NCBI GenBank assembly: GCA_964016885.1 | Contig: OZ024742.1 | Span: 74,524,001-74,588,000, forward strand | DNA: 64,000 bases | Origin: Eledone cirrhosa | Lineage: Eukaryota | Direction: 5' to 3' | Part shown: piece by piece, positions 1 to 10,692 of the stretch | How the letters are laid out: every line of letters begins with the position of its first letter | Numbering within the stretch: position 1 is the stretch's first letter | Position numbers and translations under genes: made by a program | The notes under the pieces: generated by a model | The model's input: the letters and a program-made list of their open reading frames with translations, nothing else | Database searches by the model: none | Told to the model about the DNA's origin: nothing

Positions 1-29
1 AAGGCCAGAAATTTGAAGGGAATGTAATT

Positions 30-260
30 ACGTTACGGGTACACGCGTTAGAGAGATGCTTAGTCACTTGCACGTGAATTCCATGAGCAGACCGTTCCGT
101 TGTTCAACAACCGGAACACTTATCGTCGAAACAGACGGAGGTGTATTTTATCTCTATCTTCAAGCATGAAAGGTAAAGCTAATCTCAGCGAGATTTGAAT
201 ACAGAACGTAAAAGGATGTAACTATATATATGCCACAAAGCATGTTGTCCGATGCTCTAC
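30..260. mobile_element. SINE fragments (Nin-like domain on +, nested in a Meta-type SINE on -)
   Basis: 38-145 matches 1120-1230 (cacttgcacgtgaattccatgagcagaccgttccg). 165-260 matches the reverse-strand SINE family at 29050 and 29945. Confidence 0.55.
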
Positions 261-617
261 TGTAATAATAATTTTAAACTTACATAATGTATGTTAAATT
301 TTATTTGTTAAAATAACAGAACATTTACAGAATGTTTTACAGTATATTTTTATTTACTTTTATTAATTTAATATGAAATGAAAATAGATTTAAAGTGTTA
401 ACAAACTAACTTCACATTTTCTTTATTAAAATTGCAATTTAAGGCAAGCATATGACGCATTATGTATTCAAATATAAACTCCCTGCAATATATTTCCTAT
501 TTTACAATTTGAGTGTTGACAATCTCCAGACAGACAGCAACAAAAGAGTCATAAAACGATAAATATTAATATTTTCTTCGAACACCAAAAACGATAACGA
601 ATTCCAAAGAAATTATG

Positions 618-664
618 TTACACTTCTATATATATTGATAATTTATCATTAATGTTGAAGTGAT
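618..664 (-). CDS. Last coding exon of an uncharacterised probable secreted-protein gene ((D)HFNINDKLSIYIEV*)
   Basis: Acceptor ttttttctttcag before 664. Its phase-1 start completes the G left by exon 3402-3565 to GAT. TAA stop at 618-620 and AATAAA on the minus strand at 422-427. Confidence 0.7.
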
Positions 665-751
665 CTGAAAGAAAAATCGATAAAAGGTGTTCATTATAAC
701 GAAATGAATAATAATTTCTTAGGTTACCATAATGTAATACATATATATAAG

Positions 752-1240
752 GTAGATACAGCCAAATGGTTAGAATTCGCTTTGCAATCATTAGATCCCG
801 GGTTCAATTCTACTGATTGTATTTTTTACAAGTGTTATTTACCATAGCAATTGGTTGATCATATCTCGTGAGTGAAATTTCGGAAACAGAAACTGTTTGG
901 AAGCCTATCAGATGGACTGTACCGGTAATACAAAAGGGCAAGCTTTGTCACACACTGTATCATGCTGAAACTCCCTAAGAACCATGCCAAGAGTACACAT
1001 GTCTGTGGAATGCTCAGCCACTTACACTATACTGCAAGATGGACTGTACCTATAATTCAAAGGGGAAAGTTGTGTCACATACAGTCTCACACTGAATTTC
1101 CCTGGTAATTACTTTACCGATACACGCGTCTGTGGGATGCTTAGCCACTTGCACGTGAATTCCATGAGCAGACCGTTCCGTTGATTGAACAACCGGAACA
1201 CTCATCGTCGGAACCGACGGAGGTGCATTCTATCTCTATC
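752..1240 (+). mobile_element. tRNA-headed SINE with Nin/Deu-like domain and an internal duplication
   Basis: A-box-like tggttag and B-box ggttcaattc. gatggactgtacc is repeated at 911 and 1038. The 3' domain is shared with 38-145 and 47220-47400. Confidence 0.6.
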
Positions 1241-1361
1241 TTCTCAATCCCAAAGGTATGAAAACAAAACAAAACAAAACAAAGTAGATCAAAGAGCAGG
1301 GACAGCGGGGACCTTTTTTTTAGTAGCAGGAGTGAAATACAACGGCGTAACAATCTATAGA

Positions 1362-1562
1362 TACAAAAGTAGGCTGAAAAGTTCATAGGATGACTATGAA
1401 TGAGTTATGCTAGCGCTGTGAAATCTTGCATGCATTAATTTCAACTCTCTTTATTAATAACTGCATTGTTTCCTTTCAGGCACTATGTTGAAAAAATAAA
1501 CGTCATTTGCTCATTCCAGGAGAGTACCTGGGTTAGCTTATGAACTTCAGCCGACCCTCGTA
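1362..1562. mobile_element. Tc1/mariner-type MITE
   Basis: Imperfect TIRs (tacaaaagtaggctgaaaagttcata ... tatgaacttcagccgaccctcgta) with TA at both ends and no ORF. Confidence 0.6.
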
Positions 1563-1779
1563 TGTAACTTGTAATAAAATTACAAATTTGTTCTCAAGTT
1601 AAACCGTTTTAAACATTAAAGTGTTTAGATCAGCAGAGGTTTTCACATTTGAATAAGAGATAAATGGCACCCACGATCTAGGTGTCCAACACTCTAGCCA
1701 CAAACCGACGCTTTTTCTATTTTTGCCACTCCACCGCCATATTATGAGGTAAGTAAGGATTCGTTTCAACTAGGTACTT

Positions 1780-2030
1780 TGATTAGATTTCTGTTCTAGC
1801 AATGAACTCTCTATTATGAACACCTTCTTCCAGCACCGAGATATCCATAAGGGGAATCAGGGACAGAGATCAATAATTGATTTTGTCATTGTCTCTTATC
1901 TCTTCGATTCTGTGCCCCACGTTCGTGTTAAGAGAGGAGCTGAGCTGTCAACTGATCACCATCTAGTTATCTGCAACTTGAGACTATCTAAAGCCAAAGA
2001 AGCCCACAAAACTGGTGGGTCGCCTTCGTG
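1780..2030 (+). pseudogene. LINE (RTE-like) AP-endonuclease fragment, intronic
   Basis: NTFFQH...IIDFVIV...VRVKRGAELSTDHHLV is the C-terminal motif set of LINE APE domains. Confidence 0.7.
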
Positions 2031-2623
2031 AACTATCTGCTGTGGAACTACTTCTATATATATATATATAATTCTTCTTTCTTCTCATGTATTTTATATA
2101 TATTTACCTCGGCTGCGTTTGTCTGTTTCTCTCTTACTGCTTCCCCGCTCTCTCTGTTTCTCTCACCTTCTTTCGCCCCCTCTTTCAGTTACACTTTCTC
2201 TCGACTGACCTCTTCCTCACACTTCCACACACTCACTCACTCTCTGTTTCTCCCCTTCTCACTTCCTCCCGTTTGGCTTGTGTGGGTCTCTTCTTGCTCA
2301 CATCTCACACACATCAACACGGTCTGTACCTCTCTCGCTCATGAAATCCACCCAGCTTATGCTGACCGGACAACCATGTTGCTTGTTTATTTTCCTATCT
2401 TCGGTTTGCTTTTATCCTTCTATGTTGTTTACTTGTCCCCCTCGCCTTACGCGAATTCTGGTCCCAATAACTTTTTTTAGTTATTGCTCGCACCAACCTG
2501 AGGTATCTGATTTTTAATGCGATGAAATACCAATGATGGTTGGAAAATCACTGACGAAGGACTATTTTTATCATATGTAACCCATGTGCAAACCAAGCAG
2601 TATTCTTCTTTCTTCTCATGTTT

Positions 2624-2656
<33 letters not shown>

Positions 2657-3139
2657 GGATGGGCGAAAGAAGAGTGAATAAAAGTACGAAAACCAATAAG
2701 AGTGGAAGAGGGGGAAAGAGAGAGAAAGAGGGAAAGAGGGTGAAAGAGAGAGAAACAGATGGGTGGAGATAAGACGGCTGCAAGAAGAATTAGAATTAAA
2801 TGAGAATTAAACTCACGCATATTTGAATATAATCGGTAAGCTTCCAAATTTAGACAGTCTCACTTACTTGAGCTAAAGACGGAATTTATATGTGGCGGTC
2901 TTGGAGAGCCTGAGAAACAATGGCTACATATTCTTCTTCGTAATAAACAATGAAATCTCGACCTATATACTTTAAAGTAGGGATCACAGAAATGCAAGCT
3001 TTGGGGTTTAGTATTTATGTCAGAACTCTCCAAAATAAGGAAAGGCAGATGGATAGGGCATATGTCAAACGATAACATTTATAAAACCAAGTGAACACTA
3101 ATTTGGCCTTCGCAATGATAGGTGTACTGGAAACCTCTT

Positions 3140-3290
3140 ATACGCGTATGTCAATTACATATTTATCGTCACCTACGCAGATGACACCACCTTCCTTAAC
3201 TTTCCGTACCAAAATGATATCCACGTGCAAACTAAACACTTCACTGAAGACCTGCACAGAATCCATGTTTACCTTACGGACACTCACTTA
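3140..3290 (+). pseudogene. Short reverse-transcriptase remnant
   Basis: acc tac gca gat gac acc acc ttc = TYADDTTF at about 3171-3194. Confidence 0.4.
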
Positions 3291-3401
3291 ACAGGAACAG
3301 ATAGGGCAAATCGGTGAAGACAATGGTTTAAACTTTAAACGGACTTATATACGAAGAGTTTTGTATAAAAATAAAAGAAAGCAAGATATAATAAACCATA
3401 C

Positions 3402-3565
3402 CAAGCGAAATTGATGAAATCTTCAGAGTTTTCGTAACTACAATAGTTGGCCATCTCATAGAAAAATAATCTTTGCCACAAAACTCCTGCTCAGTTGTAA
3501 CAAGCATCCACGCTGTATGGTTCTGGCAAGGAGTATTCGTTCCAAGCATTCCGAACGCCATTCCG
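3402..3565 (-). CDS. Internal coding exon ((S)GMAFGMLGTNTPCQNHTAWMLVTTEQEFCGKDYFSMRWPTIVVTKTLKISSISL)
   Basis: Long poly-T plus cag acceptor and G|gtatgg donor. 164 bp, phase 2 to phase 1, open, and in phase with both neighbouring exons. Confidence 0.78.
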
Positions 3566-3640
3566 CTGAAAAAAAAAAAATTGTTTTTTCACCTTCACTT
3601 TTTAATTATATATATATTAAATATGTTTTTATACCTTAAC

Positions 3641-3700
<60 letters not shown>

Positions 3701-3702
<2 letters not shown>

Positions 3703-4112
3703 CGGGAGAGATGACCCCTTAGCCTTTGTCAAGACAGAATTCTAGGAGAAGGAAAACTCTGATATAACACCTGCAACCCTGATGGTATCCAATGATGTTG
3801 ACTTGTTCTTCTTTTTGGTAAATATCATCTTGGTTAAGAGAGTGGGACTGGCTTTGTGCAGTGCCTTTGCTCACTATAAAAGCTTCACGGCACAGGCATT
3901 GCTTTATATCTGGAGATCTCTCTGCACTTGTCGTCACATGGTACCAAGGGCCCAGCACTATGTGTCAACAAGTGTCACAAATGTAGTGTTTGTACCAGAG
4001 TTTTTAAGTAGCTGGCTGGACTAAAAAGTCACTCGTTCAGCGCATCCGTAGGAGTTATCTTACATGGATATAAAGTAGTGGCCGTACTCGAAAACGAGTT
4101 GGCAGCCACCAT
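3701..4112 (+). mobile_element. Non-autonomous RTE-derived element (family X), copy 1
   Basis: Highly similar to 43440-43812 and 46735-47137. Its 3' part encodes a remnant C2H2 finger like the C-terminus of the RTE at 10.7-14.0 kb, and it ends in a ctcgaaaacgag stem-loop. Confidence 0.7.
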
Positions 4113-4133
4113 ATATATATACATATATAATGA

Positions 4134-4320
4134 ATATAGAAAAGGCTTCTACAGGACTAGAACTGTTTCATTCGGGAGAAATCATCAGGAAGCCTTGATG
4201 ATTTCTACCGAATGAAACATTTCTAGTCCTGTAGAAGCCTTTGCTATATTAAATATTTATACTCTGCTTTGTATTGAATACCTTACTTACTGTGGTTACC
4301 CCCCATTGAACCCGGGATAA
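4134..4320. mobile_element. Fold-back element with hammerhead core, in (TA)n
   Basis: Arms of about 55 bp centred near 4192. The minus arm reads cCTGATGAtttctcccgaatGAAAc. Confidence 0.6.
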
Positions 4321-4321
4321 A

Positions 4322-4394
<73 letters not shown>

Positions 4395-4527
4395 CTATTA
4401 TTATATATATATATATGTAGATGTGTGTGTGTATGTGTGTGCGTACACTGTCACCACTCTTACATACCATTGGATTCCATAAATTGTAGGTTTCAGTAGT
4501 AAACACAATTAAAACAACTTCTTTTAC

Positions 4528-4685
4528 CTGCCAAACATTTCCAGGTGGCGTCCTGTAAACTTTGGAAAATCTGGAAAAGGAGTTTGCAAGGTAGTCTTCA
4601 CACCGAACCAATTGGTACTATTTGTATTTTTTCCATTAAATTTCAACGTATGCATATCAGTCCCTGCATTCACAATCAACCAAAC
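4528..4685 (-). CDS. Internal coding exon (VWLIVNAGTDMHTLKFNGKNTNSTNWFGVKTTLQTPFPDFPKFTGRHLEMFG)
   Basis: Acceptor atttgttatag and AG|gtaaaa donor. 158 bp, phase 0 to phase 2, open, and in phase with both neighbours. Confidence 0.78.
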
Positions 4686-4987
4686 CTATAACAAATACCA
4701 CCAACAACAACAGCAATAATGATAATAATAATAGTTTATGATTTAGGCAATTTTTGGGAAAGGGAAAGTTGATTAAATCGAAACCAGTGCATTACCTGTA
4801 CTTTATTTTCTTTTAAACACACAAAAGGCCCAAATATTATAGGGAACCCTTTCTTGTGGGTAAAGACTAAAGCCTTATGTCTCTTTTAAAACAAAAATAT
4901 TAACAAACGTATTTAAAACCGTAAAAATAACAAACCTACTCCAGCTCACGATAATACGTCCATTCACTTCAACAACCAATGATAATA

Positions 4988-5165
4988 ATAATTGTTTCTA
5001 TTTTAGGCACAAGGCCAGCAATTACCCAGTACATTACTGGTACTTTATTTTATCGACCCCGTAAGGATGACCCAGGCGTGATTTGAACTCAGATCATAAA
5101 GGGCCGTAACTCTATACTGCAAAGCATGGTGTCCGACCATATACCGATACTGCCAATCCATCGTC
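4988..5165 (-). mobile_element. Meta-domain tRNA-SINE
   Basis: Reverse complement of the family at 53845-54020 (gagttcaaatc B-box; catcctt.cggggtcgataaaataaagtacc). Confidence 0.7.
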
Positions 5166-6627
5166 CTCACCGTCCTCATAATAATAATATCAAATGACCC
5201 TGGCTCAATATCAAGAACTACCCCAGAATGTATAACAACATGGATACGAAAACAACTCCGCAAAAACTAAAATAAATCGTATTGAATATCCAAATAAATG
5301 ACCAAAATAAAAAAAAAACTGCTATAAGGGCCTTAGTAATATTTTATATCATTTATGTGCTAATTGCACACAAAATATGTTGTTTAGAAAAATACACCAC
5401 ACATGAAAATAAGGAAAACATGAGAAATACGACAAACAAAACCCATAAACAAATATTGAAGCCAATAGATACAGACCCTCCCCTCGCTCAACATTTTCTC
5501 AGGCAGAAAGAAAATATACCAGATAAAATTGAAAATTAAGCAATTAAAAACGACAAAATCTCTCTGCTTAGCGAAATAGAAAAGGTGTCCAACAAGAAAA
5601 AAACAAAACAAAAAAAACAACAAAAGAAAAAATACAAAACAGGAACAAAATAATAATTAAATAGTATTATATGAACGAAAAAAAAACAAAGAAAACAGAT
5701 TGGAATGAAAAGGACATCATGCAAGGTATAAAGGCTTCGAAAAACGTGAGCGCTTCTACCAAGAAAAGGAGGTATTCAAATCAAATAGCATAAGATTTTA
5801 GAGGTAGAGTAAAAAAAATGAACAGTTGAGCATACAACAACACCAACGGAAACGGAAGGATGGGAGGGAATTTGGAGCAAAAACATTCAGTAAAACAAGG
5901 AACACAATGGATCAGAATGAAATATGATAAACTATACAACAGCATCAAAAGTATGGCCTACTATAGCCACATAGGAACCCAGCAATAGTTTAAGAACTGC
6001 ATGCAGTTAGAAAACCTCTGGGATTGACGAAATGTAATTTTAGGCTGAAGTACCTGACCAATATTACCAAATTAGTTGCAGCAACATAGAAAGAACTATT
6101 AATCAGAACAAAGCCAAAACCTGATTGTCTGTCAGAGGGGAAAAGCATGGTTATCGTTCAGGATCACGGTCTCCTCGAGGGCGTAATTACTTCTTCCCAT
6201 CACATATCCTATATAGAATGGTAGTGCAGACGTTCCAGTGACGGCATTGCTGGAGAGGACTATGAACCGCAGACGTCAGACGCCCAATCCTGGTGTTCGT
6301 TTGACGTAGGATTACAGTTTCGCCAAAGAGATGAGCTGTAGGAGAGTGTGCTTCACAAACGGCAGACCACATATGCTCACTGACTTAGAATCTCGGTAGA
6401 TGCTGCAGCTTACACATCTTAAGCCATGGTGTACGAAGCCTTCCACGGAGAGGGTGTTAGCAGCAGATAAACCTTCTGACCATGGGAGACTGATCTTTCA
6501 AAGATTCACATTTTAATTTTATGTTCAACATATTCTATTTTGATATTCATGGAAAACCATTAGCTAGAAAAAGATTATGATAATTTTTATTAAGTTAAAC
6601 TTTTTAAATGATTAGAGAATACATTAC

Positions 6628-6803
6628 CAGTTTAACAGGCAGATATTTCCATACATCTATTAAAAATCTCCTGAAGAATTCGTTGCAGGAAGACCTAACA
6701 CACTGATGCGGAAGATAATTATCCCGCAAACTATCACCACTGTATGCATATCGAAGGCTAATATTAGAACCAGCTTCGAATGCAAACACTTTGAACCCAT
6801 GAT
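6628..6803 (-). CDS. Internal coding exon (xHGFKVFAFEAGSNISLRYAYSGDSLRDNYLPHQCVRSSCNEFFRRFLIDVWKYLPVKL)
   Basis: Acceptor ttattttttacag and CTG|gtaatg donor. 176 bp, phase 1 to phase 0, open. Confidence 0.78.
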
Positions 6804-7566
6804 CTGTAAAAAATAAATGATATCAAATGTTATTCTTATACTCTAGTTAAGAGAAATTATTTAATGGAAAAGTATTTAATCTGGTACTGTAAAGCATCAG
6901 ATTAAATACCTTAAAGTATTTAGTTCTGTCTTTATGTTCTAGGATCAAATCAGGCAGAGTTAAATTTGCAGGTGATTACCCCGAGGTCACTAAAATTACT
7001 AGAAATAACGGTTCAAGGAATTACATTTCTTGTGGATGATAAATAGAAAAATAAAACAAAACAAAGTAAAAATAAAACAAGTAAAGCCAGGTATACGTGC
7101 GTACAGTTAGCGTGGGTAACAATAAGCCCCAAACCACACTGTGTTAGTGCTATTTCTAATTAATCATAGCCAGCCATGTCAACATTATATGTAAAAAAGC
7201 ATCCCCAGTCGATGTTCTATTTTTCACTATATCCAAATGTGTATCTGTAGCCAATGTATCATACACAAAAATGTATATAAACTTTAGCTTATTCTTGTGT
7301 TACTACCGAGTGAGTTAATGCCAACAATGGCAGATAAAAATCTAGAAACACGTGTTCTCCCGGGCTACTGAGATAACTTTGACGTGGTCACAACTTAAAA
7401 CATTCATAGCGAGACTCTTGTATACTTAAAATATTTTAAGTTGTATCCATTAAGTGTCAAACGATTGAAGAACCTGCTGTAGGCGGTACATAGATTTTAA
7501 AGAACCCTTGGCATTAAAATATTTAAAAATAGACAGATATTTCACCTTGAAGATAAATATACTCAC

Positions 7567-7622
7567 CAACGCCCCACCCCTAATACTGTTAGACAAAGAC
7601 ACAGAGAAATTAGAGTTATCAT
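7567..7622 (-). CDS. Candidate first coding exon encoding a signal peptide (MITLISLCLCLTVLGVGR)
   Basis: aaaATG start, hydrophobic stretch and a strong TG|gtgagt donor. It ends in phase 2 while the next exon starts in phase 1, so the join is unresolved. Confidence 0.5.
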
Positions 7623-8612
7623 TTTATTCTAATTTTCATTTTGTAGTGTCTAATACCAAGGGTATCTTCAAATGCCATGTTATTTAATGATATTTTCATT
7701 GATTTCTTTTAGTGGTTTCAATGAAATTATAGTGACTAGAGTACATTGTTTACTACTTATTTTATCGATCTCGATATGAATAAAAATAGAGTCGACAATT
7801 ACGACATTTTTTGTTTAATACCGATTCTCACACGTTTTGCCGATTAGCTTATCATACACTTTGCATAAAACAAACAGAAAACACATAACTGTCTATCTCA
7901 TATATGTCTACTTCTCTTTTTCAAATTTAGGTAGGTTTATATACTTGTGTTGAAAACCGACTAAATCTTGAATTTATAAATGATTTAGAGTATAACATTC
8001 TTAAGCGAAATGAAAGTGTAGAAAATAATAATATAGTTGAATCAAATGTAAGAAATCAATAATTTTAATGTAAGAGATCGATATAACAGGCGTATTTCAT
8101 TGACCGAAGGAAATGCTAAGATTAATATAATTGCTATCAGTACTCTAATTGTTCCAGGAATGATATGATATAATGATATAATATAAACAAAAAACTAATA
8201 AAAGGAATAGATGGAATTATAAAGCTAATAATGGCAACATTTAGAGTACAACACCGTAAATCTAGGCACTTAGAAGATATATTTGCAACAAAAAGACGAT
8301 CTTATAAAATAGATTAGATAAAATGATAGACACTTTAAATTGAGAACAAAAGACTTACAACTCAAATTATTAGAAACCACGAACAAAACAAAGAATGAAG
8401 TAACGAACAATACTAAAGCCGAATAATATTTTTTTCTTTTTGTAGGGTTTCTCTAGCAATCAGATTGCAAGGGGAAGTGTATTAATTGACCTCAGATCAG
8501 TCCCTGATCTCAGAGGCTCAATATATCACGTAGGATTCTGGCAGTAGTAGTGATGGTAGAAATTTGGACACTGCCTACGAAGTCGGGAATCCCAAGGCTT
8601 TTGCTGAAAGAC

Positions 8613-8650
<38 letters not shown>

Positions 8651-8651
<1 letters not shown>

Positions 8652-10692
8652 TTTTCTTTATTAACCAGAAGGGTTTACATAAAGTAGACATTAAGGACAG
8701 TACAGGACAATACAGGACGGTACAAATTGGCATTTCTGCGTGTAAAAAAAACAGAGGATGTAATAAAATAACAAAGAAAAATTCCCCAATAGGGGGGAGA
8801 CTTCCGAGGGACATTTGTGGAGAAAGCCCATTAAAAGACCACAGTGACCCTGACCACCAGGGCAAGTGCCCTCTCCCAGTTTTCCACCTTTAATTTACAG
8901 ACACGTACTCAGAGAAGGCCCATTCATTCGGGCCATACTTGCTTCTCTCACCCATCTTTCAACAAAATGATGGGAAGAGAGCACTTCCCTCTCTACCCTG
9001 ATTTTCCTTTTCAAATGAAATTTGAAAAAGTTAATCAGGGCATCACCGAAGAGGTAAGTGCTAGTCTTCAGCCCTTTCAAACGTGTCCACCATACTATCT
9101 CTTTCGCCATGGCCACCAGACAGATAAAAACTGCCTGCCCTTCCCGGCTAAAGAAAGAGGGCGAGGTAATCCTCACGATAGACTCAGCTGATAGCTGGAT
9201 CCGTCCTACACGCGCCAGCAGGTGTTCGACATAAACCCACAAGTTAGCAATGCTCGGACACTGGACGAGAGCGTGCAGGACGGTTTCGTCGCACTGTGCG
9301 CATCTCGGACATGCCCGGCTGACGGCACCTCCATGCCTGTAGAGTTTTTCCCGAACTGGCAAAGCTCCTCGGTAGCACTGCCAGGCCAGGGATTTCTGGA
9401 AGTTGTCCATAGGCCCCGGCCCGAAAGTCCTTCCGAAGAGATTGGCTAGTTGATTTTCGTCGACGCCTAGAGTTTCCCCAAGTACGTCGTGGCTCTTCCC
9501 CTCCACTAATCCTCTATAGAACGCCAAGGTGTAGTTTCCATCGATCACATTGCCCGATTGGTCGAGGGCTGTGAGCGCCTGAAGACATTCCAGTCTCCAA
9601 GCGCTCCCTCTCGGTCTTCGCTTGAACCAGGACTGCAGCTCCGTCAAGGAGACGAGCTGGGGAAAGACGTGTCTAGCAAACGGAGACCACACCTAATCAC
9701 CGTCGAGGAAGAGGTGGAGATGTCGTAGCCTGAGCGCGTGTCTGCGCATCATCAGCCACGGCATTCCCAGCCTTCCACGTAGCGGGTGTTGACAGCAGAT
9801 GGACCGCCTGACCATCGGAGCGCGTCCCTTCCACAAAAAGCGAAAGAGCAAACGCTCCAGCGCAGTCAGGCGTGTCTTAGGACAAGGTACGACGGTCATG
9901 CGGTAGTAGATGACGGACGCGATATACACGTTAGCCACCTCCGCTCGACCTTTCAGGGATAACTTCCTCTCGGCCCATTTCTGAATGAGAGAAGCCACCC
10001 TGCTCGTCACCTCGTCCCAGTTTTTGTCCGTCTGGAGATCCGGACCGAACCAGACCCCGAGCAATTTAACTGGTCCGTCCGTCCAGCGCCCGACGACGTT
10101 GTTGGACGACATGGACCTGCCTCTCCAGGTGCCGAGCTGCAGGCCCACTGACTTTTGCTGGTTGATCATTGCTCCTGTCACCGCTTCGTATTCTCTTAGT
10201 GTAGTGCCGATTGCCTCGATGTGTTTGGCGTTCGACACCACTACGGTGACATCGTCCGCATATGCTGACACGGATCTTCCGCATCCTAGTTCGCGCGGGA
10301 CCCCCCTCAACGTCTCCAGTTTGTGCAGTAATGGTTCGAGAGTCAATACGTACAAGAGGGACGAGAGGGGACATCCTTGGCGGACCGAGCGCATGATGTT
10401 GAACGGTTCCGAAAGGTGACCGTTCACCCTCACCACAGAGCAGATGTTGTTGTGTATGGCAGCGATCCAGCCTCTGAAGACGGGCCCAAAGCCAGCCGCC
10501 CTCAGGACTGCCGCTAGGTAACGATGGTCGACCCTATCGAAAGCTTTCGACTGATCTAAATTGATCAAGGACCCACCGTGCCAGGTTCCCTAGCTACCCT
10601 CTCTACGATGTATCGCATGAGGTGGAGGTTGTCGTGGATGGATCTGTCGGGAATGGCGCATGTCTGCGCCTCTCCCACCAGACCATCAACGA
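8651..10692 (-). mobile_element. 5'-truncated Tx1/L1-like non-LTR retrotransposon (RT + zinc-binding C-terminus), inactivated
   Basis: LDQSKAFDRV, VRQGCPLS, AYADD and CPRC..ETVLHALVQC motifs. CAG>TAG stop at 9693-9695. The 3' end aataaagaaaac abuts (TAA)n at 8613-8650. Confidence 0.9.

Noticed and set aside
2860-3078. Minus-strand ORF with a gtaagt donor, a possible extra exon
   Set aside because: The phase-1 reading stops early and has a weak acceptor. The 618-664 exon has a better acceptor and a poly(A) signal.
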